A stretch of DNA of 61,244 bases from a virus (IMGVR_UViG_3300021335_001271:1-61244); one strand, 5' to 3'. Shown: positions 26,556 through 37,102, numbered from the stretch's first letter. The notes: a model not told the origin generated them from the sequence alone. Program-made: numbers and translations.

Positions 26556-29500
26556 ATGTCATTACCAAATTGGACTAAGCTCAACGGTGAATTAGCCAAC
26601 ATTGAGGAAAGAGTTAATGTAACACTTCCTATACCATTAGCATCAACTGACGGTATAGAACTAAATGTTATAAGCGGTGAGTTACCTCCAGGATTAAGAA
26701 TTGAAAATTTTAACTTCATTGGAACTCCTTTTGAAGTAGGAAGAACCACAGAATTTGAATTTGTTCTTAGAGCAAGTAACACGGAAGGTATTTCGGACAG
26801 AACATTTACTATTACTGTTAGAGGTGCTGATGAACCTGTGTGGCAAACAAATGAAGGGCCTTTGCCACTAAAAAGAAGTTTTAGAAATCAATATTGGGTA
26901 GATACACTAAACACCTCATGGGGAATATTTGAATCAGTTGATAGCACATATATAGAGCAAAGTGTAACACTTTATGAAAACATTCCTAGTAGAGAAACTG
27001 GCTCTAACGGAGATTGGGCATTTGTAAGTTCAATAGAACAATTTTGGTACAAAATTGGAGGGCGTTGGTATAGAGCAAATGTCACTCAATTACAAGGTGT
27101 TTTAGGCAGTGGTTATACATTTCAAGTTAGTGATAGTGTGCCTAATCCAAATATTGATCAGTTATGGTTCAACACAAATAAAACAAACAATGGATTAAAT
27201 CTTGCACTGAGACGCTGGAATGATGACTTTCAAGTTTGGCAACCTGTACAATATACTGTTTCAAAGACTGCACCTATATCACCGTTTGATGAACAAATAT
27301 GGATACACATTTTTGATGATACATTTGATTGGGTTTTAAAATCATATGATGCAAGAAACAAAAACTGGGAAGTTGTTAAGTTTGTTGATTACGGTCCCAC
27401 TCCGCCTGATAGATTAAATACTGCATTTTTTGTTTTAGATAGTGCTCCAGTTGAATTCCAATTACAGGCTATAGACAGCGATTTACGTGCAGGTGAAAAA
27501 TTAAATTATTACATTGCTGATAATGATGGAGAACTGCCACCAGGTTTAACACTTTCAAGTGATGGACTTATTAGTGGATTTGTAGATCCTGTTTTAGGAC
27601 TAGATATTGATCAAGATCAAGGTTATGACATTGATCCATTTGATACAGGACCAAGTGATTTATTTGTAGCAGACGATAATGGATTTGATAGTTATTTTTA
27701 CGATACTACTTTCTATGGGTTTGCTGAAAGAACAAGACTGCCTAAAAAATTAAATCGTAACTACACATTTACAGTTACAGTAGAAGATGATGTAAGTTTC
27801 AGTAAAAGACAATTCAGCATTTATGTTGTAGGTGATGATTTCTTACGTGCTGATAACACAATTATGAAAGCTGCTACAGGATTATTTACAGCAGATAACA
27901 CATTCCTTAGAAATCCAATTTGGCTTACAAGTGGTAACTTAGGTGTAAAACGTGCAAATAACTTTGTCACACTCTACTTAGATGTGTATGATCCAAATGC
28001 ACTACTAGGAGAAATTAGCTACAACTTACAACCATTTAATGACGATGGTACAGAAAGTGTGCTACCACCGGGTTTAGAACTTGACGGCTTGACTGGTGAA
28101 ATTGCAGGCATTATTCCATATCAGCCGGCGGTATCAAAAGAATATAAATTCACAGTCGAAGCACTAAGACAATTTGTTGATACAGATGATATTGAAGAAA
28201 TCAATACCAGTATTTTTGAAGATACTTTAAGTGGGCGTAGCAATATTAAAATTAGAAAAATAAGCCAAAATGTTGATGATGACGGAATTTCAGACCTACA
28301 AAAACTTTTAGGACAAGAAATTACTATTGATAATTTAGGTTACGTTGTAGAAGAAATTGACGACTTGCCTGAAGAATATGATATAATACAACTAGCAAGA
28401 GAATTAGAACCTTCTTATAAATTCAAAAGAATAAGAACTGCATTTGATGTAGGACGTGATAGTAACTATATGTATATTCTCGATGACTTAGATAATAGAG
28501 TTGAGAATTGGAAGAACAAAACTCTAAATTATAGTGCAAGCGAATCATATAAATTGATAGACGATTTGACAGATATTATTCCGGGAAGCACTACTCCTAA
28601 GATTTGGCACAAAATGGTAAGATATACAATTACCGCAGCAGATAGTGCAGGTGAGCTACAATTTAATTTTAGTGCTATAGGATTAAACGATCCAGGTGAC
28701 GACGATTTATCCTATTGGTTGAGAAAATGGTTGGAATCAGAAGGCATTGATGTTGTAAATTTATATGATCTAATTTCATTAAATGAAAAACAAATTGTTT
28801 TCGATATTCCAAGAAATAGTAACATTGAAAATGTAATTTTGAATCAGAATCTTTTTACAACAGATGATAGCGTTTTAGATAATTTAGAAATACAAAGAAG
28901 CAGACAGTTTTTTAAAGTCTTTGTTGATAATAATTTACAACGTAACTTTTTATTATCAGATAAAGAAAATGAACTATCTGGAGTACAACTTACACTAGGT
29001 GCCGAAGAAGATACATTAATAAGGAAAAAAATTAATGTTACTCAGACTGAAGATGTAAGCACTATAAAAACATTTACTGTGAATGTTATTGGCGAAGTAG
29101 ATAGCACTATAAATTGGATTACAGATAGTGATTTAGGAACTCTACCTGCAAACCGTCCAAGTTATTTAAAATTAGAGGCAACTACTACATTAGTGGGTGC
29201 AAATTTACGTTATGATTTTATTGACGGTAGATTGCCTAACGGAGTAGAACTTAAAAAAGATGGAGAACTTGTAGGAAAAGCAAATCAATTTCCTACAAGC
29301 ACAGAACTCGGCTTAACCGCAATAGACTCACGTGGTACAACTTTTGATGGAAGTACAACTACATTTGATAGAGTCTATACATTCCGTGTATTAGCCAGAG
29401 ATAGATTTGGTTACAGCGCAGCTATAAAAGAATTCACTTTATCTGTAACTGACACAGACGATAAAGTTTATAGTAATGTGTTTATAAAACCTTTCTTAAA

Positions 29501-30485
29501 ATCAAATCAAAAAACTGCATTTTCAGATTTTATTAACAATTATGAAATTTTTCCTCCTGAGTATATTTATAGACCATATGACGAAAACTTTGGAGTGCAA
29601 AAAGATTTAAAAACTTTAGTGTATGCAGGCATTGAAGCTAAGAGTATTAGGAACTTTGCTTCTAGTATAACACTAAATCATAAAAGAAAGAACTTTTATT
29701 TTGGAGAGCTTAAATCGGCTATGGCAAAAGTGCCTGGTACAAACGAAGTATTATATGAAGTAATTTATGTTGAAATTAAAGATCCGGCACAGCCTAGTGT
29801 AGGAGAAACTGCATTATACGCCCAATCAAAAGGCGCAAACAAACTCAGTATTAATGATGTAAAATTAGAAATTAGAGACGATACAACTGCAAGCGAGGAA
29901 GGCACAGAATTGTATGAGATTACAATGCGTGAAGGAGATCCAGTTCGATTTAGTGCCTTAGGAAATCAATTTACAATTATAGGTAGAGCAGACACATATA
30001 TTGTATCAGCAATTGGACAAATAACAATTACTTTACAATCGGGACAAACTGTGGCTGTGAGAAGTAGTGCAAGTAGTTCAAGCGATAGCGGTGATCCATT
30101 TAGATTTAGACCAAAGAGCGAAGTAATTACTGTTGATAACACAGGTATTCAAGCAAGTCAAAATAAAAATGTAAAACGTTGGATTAGTAACATTGGCAAT
30201 ATGCGCAAACGTATAAATGATATAGGTGCAAACGATAGAGAATTTTTACCATTATGGATGCGCACTGCACAAGAAGAATTAGGCAATGAACTAGATTACG
30301 TAACTGCAATGCCACTGTGCTTTGTTAAGCCAGGACTAGCTCAAACTGTAATTGAAAACATTCAAAATAGTCAATTCAATTTTAACCAAATACATTACGA
30401 TATTGATAGATATATTGTAGATAGAACAGAAGAGTCAGACCAAGAACAATTCATAGTTTTTGGAAACTACAAACTAAATGTATAA
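26556..30485 (+). CDS. Baseplate wedge-like protein with Ig-like repeats (1309 aa)
   Basis: Repeated LPPGL.L...G.I.G....FTV Ig-like modules; located in the structural block. Confidence 0.7.
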   Translation: MSLPNWTKLNGELANIEERVNVTLPIPLASTDGIELNVISGELPPGLRIENFNFIGTPFEVGRTTEFEFVLRASNTEGISDRTFTITVRGADEPVWQTNEGPLPLKRSFRNQYWVDTLNTSWGIFESVDSTYIEQSVTLYENIPSRETGSNGDWAFVSSIEQFWYKIGGRWYRANVTQLQGVLGSGYTFQVSDSVPNPNIDQLWFNTNKTNNGLNLALRRWNDDFQVWQPVQYTVSKTAPISPFDEQIWIHIFDDTFDWVLKSYDARNKNWEVVKFVDYGPTPPDRLNTAFFVLDSAPVEFQLQAIDSDLRAGEKLNYYIADNDGELPPGLTLSSDGLISGFVDPVLGLDIDQDQGYDIDPFDTGPSDLFVADDNGFDSYFYDTTFYGFAERTRLPKKLNRNYTFTVTVEDDVSFSKRQFSIYVVGDDFLRADNTIMKAATGLFTADNTFLRNPIWLTSGNLGVKRANNFVTLYLDVYDPNALLGEISYNLQPFNDDGTESVLPPGLELDGLTGEIAGIIPYQPAVSKEYKFTVEALRQFVDTDDIEEINTSIFEDTLSGRSNIKIRKISQNVDDDGISDLQKLLGQEITIDNLGYVVEEIDDLPEEYDIIQLARELEPSYKFKRIRTAFDVGRDSNYMYILDDLDNRVENWKNKTLNYSASESYKLIDDLTDIIPGSTTPKIWHKMVRYTITAADSAGELQFNFSAIGLNDPGDDDLSYWLRKWLESEGIDVVNLYDLISLNEKQIVFDIPRNSNIENVILNQNLFTTDDSVLDNLEIQRSRQFFKVFVDNNLQRNFLLSDKENELSGVQLTLGAEEDTLIRKKINVTQTEDVSTIKTFTVNVIGEVDSTINWITDSDLGTLPANRPSYLKLEATTTLVGANLRYDFIDGRLPNGVELKKDGELVGKANQFPTSTELGLTAIDSRGTTFDGSTTTFDRVYTFRVLARDRFGYSAAIKEFTLSVTDTDDKVYSNVFIKPFLKSNQKTAFSDFINNYEIFPPEYIYRPYDENFGVQKDLKTLVYAGIEAKSIRNFASSITLNHKRKNFYFGELKSAMAKVPGTNEVLYEVIYVEIKDPAQPSVGETALYAQSKGANKLSINDVKLEIRDDTTASEEGTELYEITMREGDPVRFSALGNQFTIIGRADTYIVSAIGQITITLQSGQTVAVRSSASSSSDSGDPFRFRPKSEVITVDNTGIQASQNKNVKRWISNIGNMRKRINDIGANDREFLPLWMRTAQEELGNELDYVTAMPLCFVKPGLAQTVIENIQNSQFNFNQIHYDIDRYIVDRTEESDQEQFIVFGNYKLNV

Positions 30486-30510
30486 ATACATACACTAGAG
30501 AGGATTAATT

Positions 30511-31119
30511 ATGGCAAGTAATATTGTACCAGATACTATAGATGATGCTTATCCAGTTGCTGGACAGGATAACGACTCACAAGGTTTTAGAGATAATTTT
30601 AATATTATTAAGACAAACTTCACTTATGCAAAAAGTGAAATTGAAACTCTGCAGGACAATACTGCTAAAACTAATGCTGATAATGTATTTTTTGAAAATA
30701 CAAACTCTAGATATGTGAGCAAGCAAGAATCAATCAAATTTGCAGATGTTGGCGAAAGAGTTGCCGACTACGAAGTAGATTTATCATTAGGTCATCATTT
30801 TGCAATTACAAATGATGCTGCTAGAACATTAACTTTTGCAGGCTGGACAGACCATGGCGAGGATGTAGCAGAATATCAAGAAATGATTGTTCATCTCACA
30901 GGCAACGGTGTATCACCACATGTGATTGCCTTTGCAGGTAAAAATGCAGCAGGAACCGCATCTGAAAATCTTTACGTGCAAGATAATGCAGCATTCGGCG
31001 GCGCTGCACAAGTTACTATGAGTACTAACGATACTGATGTACATGTGGTAAAAGCATACACATATGATCAAGGTGCAAATATCTTTTTTGAATATATTGG
31101 TAAGTTTATTAGAACATAA
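30511..31119 (+). CDS. Virion structural protein
   Basis: After TATAAATA (30481-88); YPVAGQDNDSQGFRDNF N-terminus; C-terminal domain resembles that of 21257..22168. Confidence 0.65.
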   Translation: MASNIVPDTIDDAYPVAGQDNDSQGFRDNFNIIKTNFTYAKSEIETLQDNTAKTNADNVFFENTNSRYVSKQESIKFADVGERVADYEVDLSLGHHFAITNDAARTLTFAGWTDHGEDVAEYQEMIVHLTGNGVSPHVIAFAGKNAAGTASENLYVQDNAAFGGAAQVTMSTNDTDVHVVKAYTYDQGANIFFEYIGKFIRT

Positions 31120-31355
31120 TGATTCATCCTCATGAACACGAAATAAAAAATTACACAGACGCACAGCTTGAGCAAAAATTGCTCAAGTTAAATCATATGT
31201 ATTTTATGACTGACAACCAAGAAATGCGTCAGCAAATGATACTGCTTATTGATGGCTACAAATTAGAACTTGAAGCACGTAGAGCAGCAGCAAGATTAAA
31301 ACAAGAACAAGACCAAGGCGAAAATCCTCTTGACGATTTAATCAATGTAAGTTAA
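31119..31355 (+). CDS. Hypothetical protein
   Basis: TAATG-coupled ORF, helical. Confidence 0.7.
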   Translation: MIHPHEHEIKNYTDAQLEQKLLKLNHMYFMTDNQEMRQQMILLIDGYKLELEARRAAARLKQEQDQGENPLDDLINVS

Positions 31356-31358
31356 AAT
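31330..31358 (+). promoter_or_regulatory. Sigma70-type promoter
   Basis: TTGACG, N17, TAAAAT; ATG 6 nt downstream. Confidence 0.65.
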
Positions 31359-31364
31359 AGGTAT

Positions 31365-31889
31365 ATGCTATTGAAAACTGATGACTTAGGTATCCCACGA
31401 TTTACAAATCGCGATTTGATCGATATGATTTATAGTGGCAATGTAGAAAAGTGCCACGTTGTTCTCTGTGATCAAAATGATGATGTAGATAAGTTTAACA
31501 CTGCAATGCAAGCGCAAGGTATGAGCCCATTGCAAAAGTATATCCCGCTAGATGTAGATCAAAAGACTTTTGATGGTGTGTGTCAAAGTGAATGGTTTAT
31601 GCCACAAGAATATAAAGAACTTGATGTTTATACATTTGTAATGAACAAAGCAGGTGATGATTTAGCAGAATTAGAAAGAGTTGAAGAAGAACTTGCACAA
31701 TTTAAAGTACGAGGTATGGACAACTTGCTACGCTATATGATCTATCTTGTAGATTTTATGCGTGAGAATGGGATTGTATGGGGTGTAGGACGTGGATCAA
31801 GTGTAGCAAGTTATGTGTTGTATTTGATAGGCGTGCATCGCATAGATAGTGTCAAGTATGATTTAGATTGGCGTGAATTCTTACGATGA
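31365..31889 (+). CDS. DNA polymerase III alpha (DnaE)-like fragment
   Basis: RVEEEL...YMIYLVDFMRENGIVWGVGRGSSVASYVLYLIGVHRID is the DnaE GRGS region. The ORF ends just before the PDID catalytic motif. Confidence 0.85.
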   Translation: MLLKTDDLGIPRFTNRDLIDMIYSGNVEKCHVVLCDQNDDVDKFNTAMQAQGMSPLQKYIPLDVDQKTFDGVCQSEWFMPQEYKELDVYTFVMNKAGDDLAELERVEEELAQFKVRGMDNLLRYMIYLVDFMRENGIVWGVGRGSSVASYVLYLIGVHRIDSVKYDLDWREFLR

Positions 31890-32746
31890 AACACTTCGTA
31901 GAAATGGGGCAATGGTATATTACCCATACTTGCAATCTCAGTTGTGAAAATTGTTTAAGTTATAATAACTATAAAATCGGCGGTCACGAACGTTGGGAGG
32001 ACAATGAAGAATTTGTCAAACTGTGGAGCGAGCGTGTATATATAGAAGATTGCAGTATCATAGGCGGAGAACCTTTTGCTAATCCTGATATACACAAATG
32101 GGCAATGGGTGTGCGCAAATACTTTGATACAAAAGATTTAAAAGTTTGCACAAACGGAACATACTTAGAACATCACATAGATAATATTAAACAATGGATT
32201 GACAATGGTATTGTGTTAGAAATACAATATCACGATCCTATGCACAAGCAAAAAATAGACGTTGCTATAAAACAAATACTAGGCAGCAATACACATAAAA
32301 TCACAGGACGAGATTGGCAGGGCGATCCAGATTACTATGACGAATTTGATGAAATTTATTTTGTAGATAATCGTGTGGCTATATTGGTTGTTGCCAGTTT
32401 TGAATTTTATACACATACAATTGACGGTACAGGTGATGCAGAATTTACACACAAGTTTTGTGCGTGGCGTGACTGTCATTATTTTTACCGTGGCGAGTTG
32501 TACAAATGCGGTGCATTGGTTGGCGCACAAGGTATGGCAGAAAAATTTGATCTGCTTAACAAAGACATAATTACACAGTACAAACCAGTTAATGTTTTTG
32601 ACAATGATTTAAGCAGTGCAATTAAACAACTGCAAAAGAGTGTTCCGCAGTGTGCTATGTGCAATACAAAGAAAATGTTGAACAAAACTTTTCCTGTTAG
32701 CCTAAAGAAAGTTGAATATGAACCTATACCTAGTGCAAGCCAGTGA
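31886..32746 (+). CDS. Radical SAM protein with C-terminal Twitch-like Cys
   Basis: CNLSCENC, GGEP, TNG, C...YKCG...PQCAMC. Confidence 0.9.
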   Translation: MKHFVEMGQWYITHTCNLSCENCLSYNNYKIGGHERWEDNEEFVKLWSERVYIEDCSIIGGEPFANPDIHKWAMGVRKYFDTKDLKVCTNGTYLEHHIDNIKQWIDNGIVLEIQYHDPMHKQKIDVAIKQILGSNTHKITGRDWQGDPDYYDEFDEIYFVDNRVAILVVASFEFYTHTIDGTGDAEFTHKFCAWRDCHYFYRGELYKCGALVGAQGMAEKFDLLNKDIITQYKPVNVFDNDLSSAIKQLQKSVPQCAMCNTKKMLNKTFPVSLKKVEYEPIPSASQ

Positions 32747-34571
32747 CAATCATGGACCTAATAAGTTTTTACCACTTGCTATAGGTTATCAATGGTGCTA
32801 TGGTAAAAATGACAACTGGACACTAAAAGACGTACTAATAGAAAAAACAGCACCTGTGGATTATGTAGCAACTATGGAATCTCCTGATCTAGTTGCTATG
32901 AGCAGTTATATATGGAATTGGGAATACAATAGAGAACTAGCAAAACAAATCAAACGTAAATTTAGACAGTGCAAGGTCATCACAGGTGGACCACAAATAA
33001 ACAAATACGATCCAGACTTTTTTGACAAGCACCCTATGTTTGATGCGTTTGTGCATGGTGAAGGCGAAGAAGCATTTAAAAGCATATTAGCAGGAGATGA
33101 TTGGGAAACTATATCAAATGTACAAACACTGTACCATATGCCAGAGCCAGCAGTGCGTAGGAAAAACATAAATGATATACCTAGTCCTATACTAGAAGGG
33201 TTTTATGAACCTATTATGGCAAAGTATCCAAAAGACACAATGTTCCAAGTTACTTGGGAAAGTTTGCGTGGTTGTCCTTATCATTGCAGTTTTTGTGATA
33301 TAGGTGAAGACTATTGGAATAAACTTACACTGTTTGCTATGGAACGTTGCAAAGCTGAAATAGAATGGATGGGTAAAAATCGTATTGAATATGTAAGTGT
33401 GTGTGATAGCAATTGGGGAATGTTAGATAGAGATTATGAACTTACTCAATATGTGCTAGATACAAAGAAAAAATATGGATACCCCAAGTGGTGGGATGCC
33501 ACGTGGAGCAAAAACAATTTAGATAAAAATTATGCTATTGCAAAAGCAGCAAACGAAAGCGGTGAAAACATATTCAAAGGCATAACTGTGGCACTGCAAA
33601 GTTTTAATGAAAACACACTACAAATTGTAGATAGATTTAATTTAGATTTTGACACACTTAAAACATACTTTGACAAATACAAAGCAGATGGCATTCCTAC
33701 ATACAGTGAATTGATTTGGCCATTACCCGGAGAAACATTTGATACACTAAAGTCTGGCATACAACAGCTTATAGATGCTGGGCAAGAAAACTATTTGATG
33801 ATACACCCGTTGGTAGTTACAGACAACTCACCAATGGGTAACAAAACTTATCAACAGCAGCACAATTTAGATGTGCGTAAAATTGCATTAGACACAGTTT
33901 ATTTAGGTGCAGATGAAAAGTATATCACAGAATACACAGATGTTGTTTATGCCACAGGCACAGCAGATCATGAAACAGTGATACAAGGACATTTGTACAG
34001 TTGGCTGGTGATATTGATGCACTACTACGGTTGGGGACATTACCTAAGCCGTTACATAAAAAACACAGTAGGTGAAAGCGAAACTGACTTGTATTTGAGG
34101 TTGTTTAATTGGATAAAGAAAAACACGCATACTTGGTTATACAGTGAGTATGCAGCAACAAAAAAATGCTTTGAAGATGTATATGCAAAACGTGCATTAT
34201 GGGGCAGACAAGTATTGGGCAATGATGATATATTTTGGGAATACAAAGGTGCAAGCAGTATTAGAATACACGAAAACAGATTTGACTTCCAAAGAGAAAT
34301 GGAATGGTTTTTAAGTGAGAACTTTGCAGGTATAAATACTCGTGCGATTATGATGTGTAATTTAATAATGTGTAGAGATAGGGATATGGAATATCCTTTT
34401 GATATGAGAGTAGATAGAAAAGTTGCAAAAGCAATGTATGGTATAAATGCAAACTATGTAACAATCGATCATCATGACAAAGGAAACACTGGCAATTATT
34501 TTAACACAGCATATCATTATCAAAGGAAAAACGGATATTGGCGCTGTTCAATATCTGAATTTTGGACTTGA
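32718..34571 (+). CDS. Cobalamin-binding radical SAM protein
   Basis: N-terminal B12-binding domain (LPLAIG, SSYIWN, GGPQ, GEGEE), then RGCPYHCSFC. Confidence 0.88.
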   Translation: MNLYLVQASDNHGPNKFLPLAIGYQWCYGKNDNWTLKDVLIEKTAPVDYVATMESPDLVAMSSYIWNWEYNRELAKQIKRKFRQCKVITGGPQINKYDPDFFDKHPMFDAFVHGEGEEAFKSILAGDDWETISNVQTLYHMPEPAVRRKNINDIPSPILEGFYEPIMAKYPKDTMFQVTWESLRGCPYHCSFCDIGEDYWNKLTLFAMERCKAEIEWMGKNRIEYVSVCDSNWGMLDRDYELTQYVLDTKKKYGYPKWWDATWSKNNLDKNYAIAKAANESGENIFKGITVALQSFNENTLQIVDRFNLDFDTLKTYFDKYKADGIPTYSELIWPLPGETFDTLKSGIQQLIDAGQENYLMIHPLVVTDNSPMGNKTYQQQHNLDVRKIALDTVYLGADEKYITEYTDVVYATGTADHETVIQGHLYSWLVILMHYYGWGHYLSRYIKNTVGESETDLYLRLFNWIKKNTHTWLYSEYAATKKCFEDVYAKRALWGRQVLGNDDIFWEYKGASSIRIHENRFDFQREMEWFLSENFAGINTRAIMMCNLIMCRDRDMEYPFDMRVDRKVAKAMYGINANYVTIDHHDKGNTGNYFNTAYHYQRKNGYWRCSISEFWT

Positions 34572-34596
34572 CAAATATCATAAGTAATTGTAATAT
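34568..34596 (+). promoter_or_regulatory. Sigma70-type promoter
   Basis: TTGACA, N17, TAATAT. Confidence 0.7.
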
Positions 34597-34612
34597 GCAA
34601 AAGGAGAGAGAA

Positions 34613-35029
34613 ATGCCAATGAAAAATAAGGGTCGTAAGACTTATAGAAGTATGCAAGGCAAAGTGGTTGATCTTGATTTGTTAATCAAGCGCAACGAAC
34701 TGACTCCTGCTGTAGGAAATGCAAAAGTAAATGCTAGAGGCGATGAATTAGGACCTGGTGGTAAGATTGTAAAAAAACGTGAAGAAGTAATCAAAGAGTA
34801 TTACAATCAAGCACCAGTAGCACACCAATCAAAGAAGAAAGAATTATCTGAAGCAGAAGCAGCAGAGTTAGAAGAATTTGATAGCGAGCCTGTTCCTCCA
34901 AAACCTGCTCCTAAAGTTGAAGCAAAAAAGCCTGCTCCTAAAAAAGCAGAGCCTGCTAAAATTGTAGAAGTAGAAGAAGACGAATGGGTAGAAGATGAAG
35001 ATGGTAACTTTGTAAAGAAAGGTGATTAA
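34613..35029 (+). CDS. Hypothetical protein coupled to GroES
   Basis: SD AAGGAG; AVGNAKVNARGDELGPGG core; Pro/Lys/Glu-rich tail. Confidence 0.75.
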   Translation: MPMKNKGRKTYRSMQGKVVDLDLLIKRNELTPAVGNAKVNARGDELGPGGKIVKKREEVIKEYYNQAPVAHQSKKKELSEAEAAELEEFDSEPVPPKPAPKVEAKKPAPKKAEPAKIVEVEEDEWVEDEDGNFVKKGD

Positions 35030-35406
35030 TGAGCGAAGGAATGGGTGGTGGATTTAAAGTCACACCAAAAATTAAAGGCAAACTCAGCCCAATTAGAAAT
35101 AGAGTAATTGTAAGGGATATGCACTTCGGTGAACAAGTCACCCGTAGTGGACTTATCCTAACAGGCGACGATGGTACAACTAGAGGTATCTATCCACGCT
35201 GGTGTCGTGTACATGCAAAAGGTCCAGAAAACACAGATGATTACAATGTAGGTGATTGGATCCTAGTTGAACATGGTCGTTGGACAAGAGGCGTAGATGT
35301 TGACGAAGGCGACGGAGAATCAACACTGCGTATGGTAGAAGCAGAAAGCATTATGGGCTGGAGTAAAGAAAAACCAGATGATGTTTTTATTGGTGAAGAG
35401 GCATAA
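35029..35406 (+). CDS. groES: Co-chaperonin GroES (gp31-like)
   Basis: LSPIRNRVIV, mobile-loop TRSGLIL, V.AKGP, VGD.IL. Confidence 0.8.
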   Translation: MSEGMGGGFKVTPKIKGKLSPIRNRVIVRDMHFGEQVTRSGLILTGDDGTTRGIYPRWCRVHAKGPENTDDYNVGDWILVEHGRWTRGVDVDEGDGESTLRMVEAESIMGWSKEKPDDVFIGEEA

Positions 35407-35766
35407 ATGACAAATCCATTTGCAGATATTGAACGCTTTGGCTCGGCGTGTGATCAAGAGCCATCAGAAGCAAACTATGATATGTATCTCGGTCTTATTG
35501 CAGAGGAATATACCGAACTTGCAGATGCTATAGCAGCAGATGATCGTGTAGAACAACTAGACGCACTAATTGACATATTAGTTGTTACCATGGGTGCTAT
35601 TCGTGCTGGCGGCTATGACGGAGAAGGTGCTTGGAAGGAAGTAATGGATACAAACTTTGCTAAGATTGATCCAGTCACTGGCAAAGTTCGCAAACGTGAA
35701 GATGGCAAGGTATTGAAGCCAGAAGGATGGAAGGCTCCAGAACTTGCACAGTTTATAGGAGACTAA
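35407..35766 (+). CDS. MazG-like/PRA-PH-like NTP pyrophosphohydrolase
   Basis: LIAEEYTEL...LDALID...EV...N..K...REDGKVLKP. Confidence 0.85.
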   Translation: MTNPFADIERFGSACDQEPSEANYDMYLGLIAEEYTELADAIAADDRVEQLDALIDILVVTMGAIRAGGYDGEGAWKEVMDTNFAKIDPVTGKVRKREDGKVLKPEGWKAPELAQFIGD

Positions 35767-35767
35767 T

Positions 35768-36454
35768 ATGGTAGCAAGAACCGCAAATATTGCAAGTCAA
35801 GCATACGACGAAGGCTTGCGTAAATTTATGATTAATATGTATAACCACACTGCTACAGGATTAGCAGTAAGTGGTTTTATTGCCTACCTTGTTTATACAA
35901 CAGGTATGGTATACAGCATGGGTGCCTTAATGTGGGTGTTCATGTTTGCTCCGCTGGGCATGATTTTATATTATGGCTTTGCAGGACAAAACTGGAGCCT
36001 ACAGGGCATTACACGTTTTTACTATGTATTTACAGCAGTAATGGGTGTAAGTATGAGCACTATCTTTGTGGTGTATACAGCGATGAGCATTGCTCAAGTA
36101 TTTTTTATCACAGCAGCAACATTCGCAGCAGCCAGTCTATACGGATACACTACAAAACGTGACCTCACCACAATGGGTAGTTTTCTCATTGTAGGCTTGA
36201 TTGGCATTATTATTGCTAGTATTGTAAACATCTTTCTAGCAAGTAGTGCATTTGCATTTGCAATCAGTATCATTGGTGTACTTATTTTTGTAGGTATGAC
36301 AGCATGGGACACTCAAACAGCAAAGAACTTGTTCCTTTCTGCACCTAGTATGGAAGTAGCAGAAAAGTACGGTGTGCAAATGGCATTGAGTCTTTATTTA
36401 GACTTTGTGAATCTATTCCAATTTTTGTTGGCACTTCTTGGCAATAGGGAGTAG
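35768..36454 (+). CDS. Bax inhibitor-1/YccA (TMBIM) membrane protein
   Basis: 7 TM; YGYTTKRDL, TAWDTQ, ALSLYLDFVNLF. Confidence 0.92.
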   Translation: MVARTANIASQAYDEGLRKFMINMYNHTATGLAVSGFIAYLVYTTGMVYSMGALMWVFMFAPLGMILYYGFAGQNWSLQGITRFYYVFTAVMGVSMSTIFVVYTAMSIAQVFFITAATFAAASLYGYTTKRDLTTMGSFLIVGLIGIIIASIVNIFLASSAFAFAISIIGVLIFVGMTAWDTQTAKNLFLSAPSMEVAEKYGVQMALSLYLDFVNLFQFLLALLGNRE

Positions 36455-36478
36455 ATAAATACACTAAAGGAGACTGCC

Positions 36479-37102
36479 GTGGATAAAAAAGCAATCACGA
36501 AGGCAATTATTAGAAGTCAACATTGCCAGCGCAATTGGGATTTGTCAAAACAAATACCACAAGAAGATTTAGACATTTTAGAAACGGCAGTTAGCCAGTG
36601 TCCTAGTAAACAAAACGTTGCATACTACAAAGCAATCTTTGTTACAGACAGAGATAAAATTGAACGCATTTATGAAACCACAAATGGTTTTGTAAAAAAC
36701 TTCCAAACTAATGAAACTGTAACCAACAGTCAAGTGCTTGCAAACTTGCTGATTGTATTTGCAGAATCAAACGAAGAACCAAAAGAAAACATATTTGGTG
36801 ATGTGTTTGTTCCTAGCAAAGATTTAGAAAAGCCAGAGGACTTGCTCAAAGACAAACATATGGCTGTGGGCATTGGTGCAGGCTATGCAAACATTACAGC
36901 TAGTATGCTGGGATACAGCACAGGTTGTTGTGCTTGTTTTGATCCTGCACAAGTAGCAGAAATACTGGGCATAGATACTCACGTTCATTTATTAATGGGT
37001 ATTGGTTTCAAAGACGAAACTCGTCCAAGACGTGAACACCACGCAGAGGATTTTGTTTTTCCAACAAAGAAAAAACAAAACATACAAGTGGATAAATGCT
37101 AA
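36479..37102 (+). CDS. Nitroreductase-family flavoprotein
   Basis: GTG start with SD AAAGGAG; RNWD...IP.EDL......CPSKQN; GI.AG....A..LGY.TG. Confidence 0.8.
   Translation: MDKKAITKAIIRSQHCQRNWDLSKQIPQEDLDILETAVSQCPSKQNVAYYKAIFVTDRDKIERIYETTNGFVKNFQTNETVTNSQVLANLLIVFAESNEEPKENIFGDVFVPSKDLEKPEDLLKDKHMAVGIGAGYANITASMLGYSTGCCACFDPAQVAEILGIDTHVHLLMGIGFKDETRPRREHHAEDFVFPTKKKQNIQVDKC

Noticed and set aside
31860-31920. Programmed frameshift, intron or intein extending the DnaE fragment
   Set aside because: No slippery site, splice or intein signature, and no PDID motif downstream. The next gene is a coupled rSAM.
36479-37102. BluB (B12 lower-ligand synthase) assignment, tempting given the B12 rSAM
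   Set aside because: Only generic nitroreductase motifs are visible; BluB-specific residues were not recognised.
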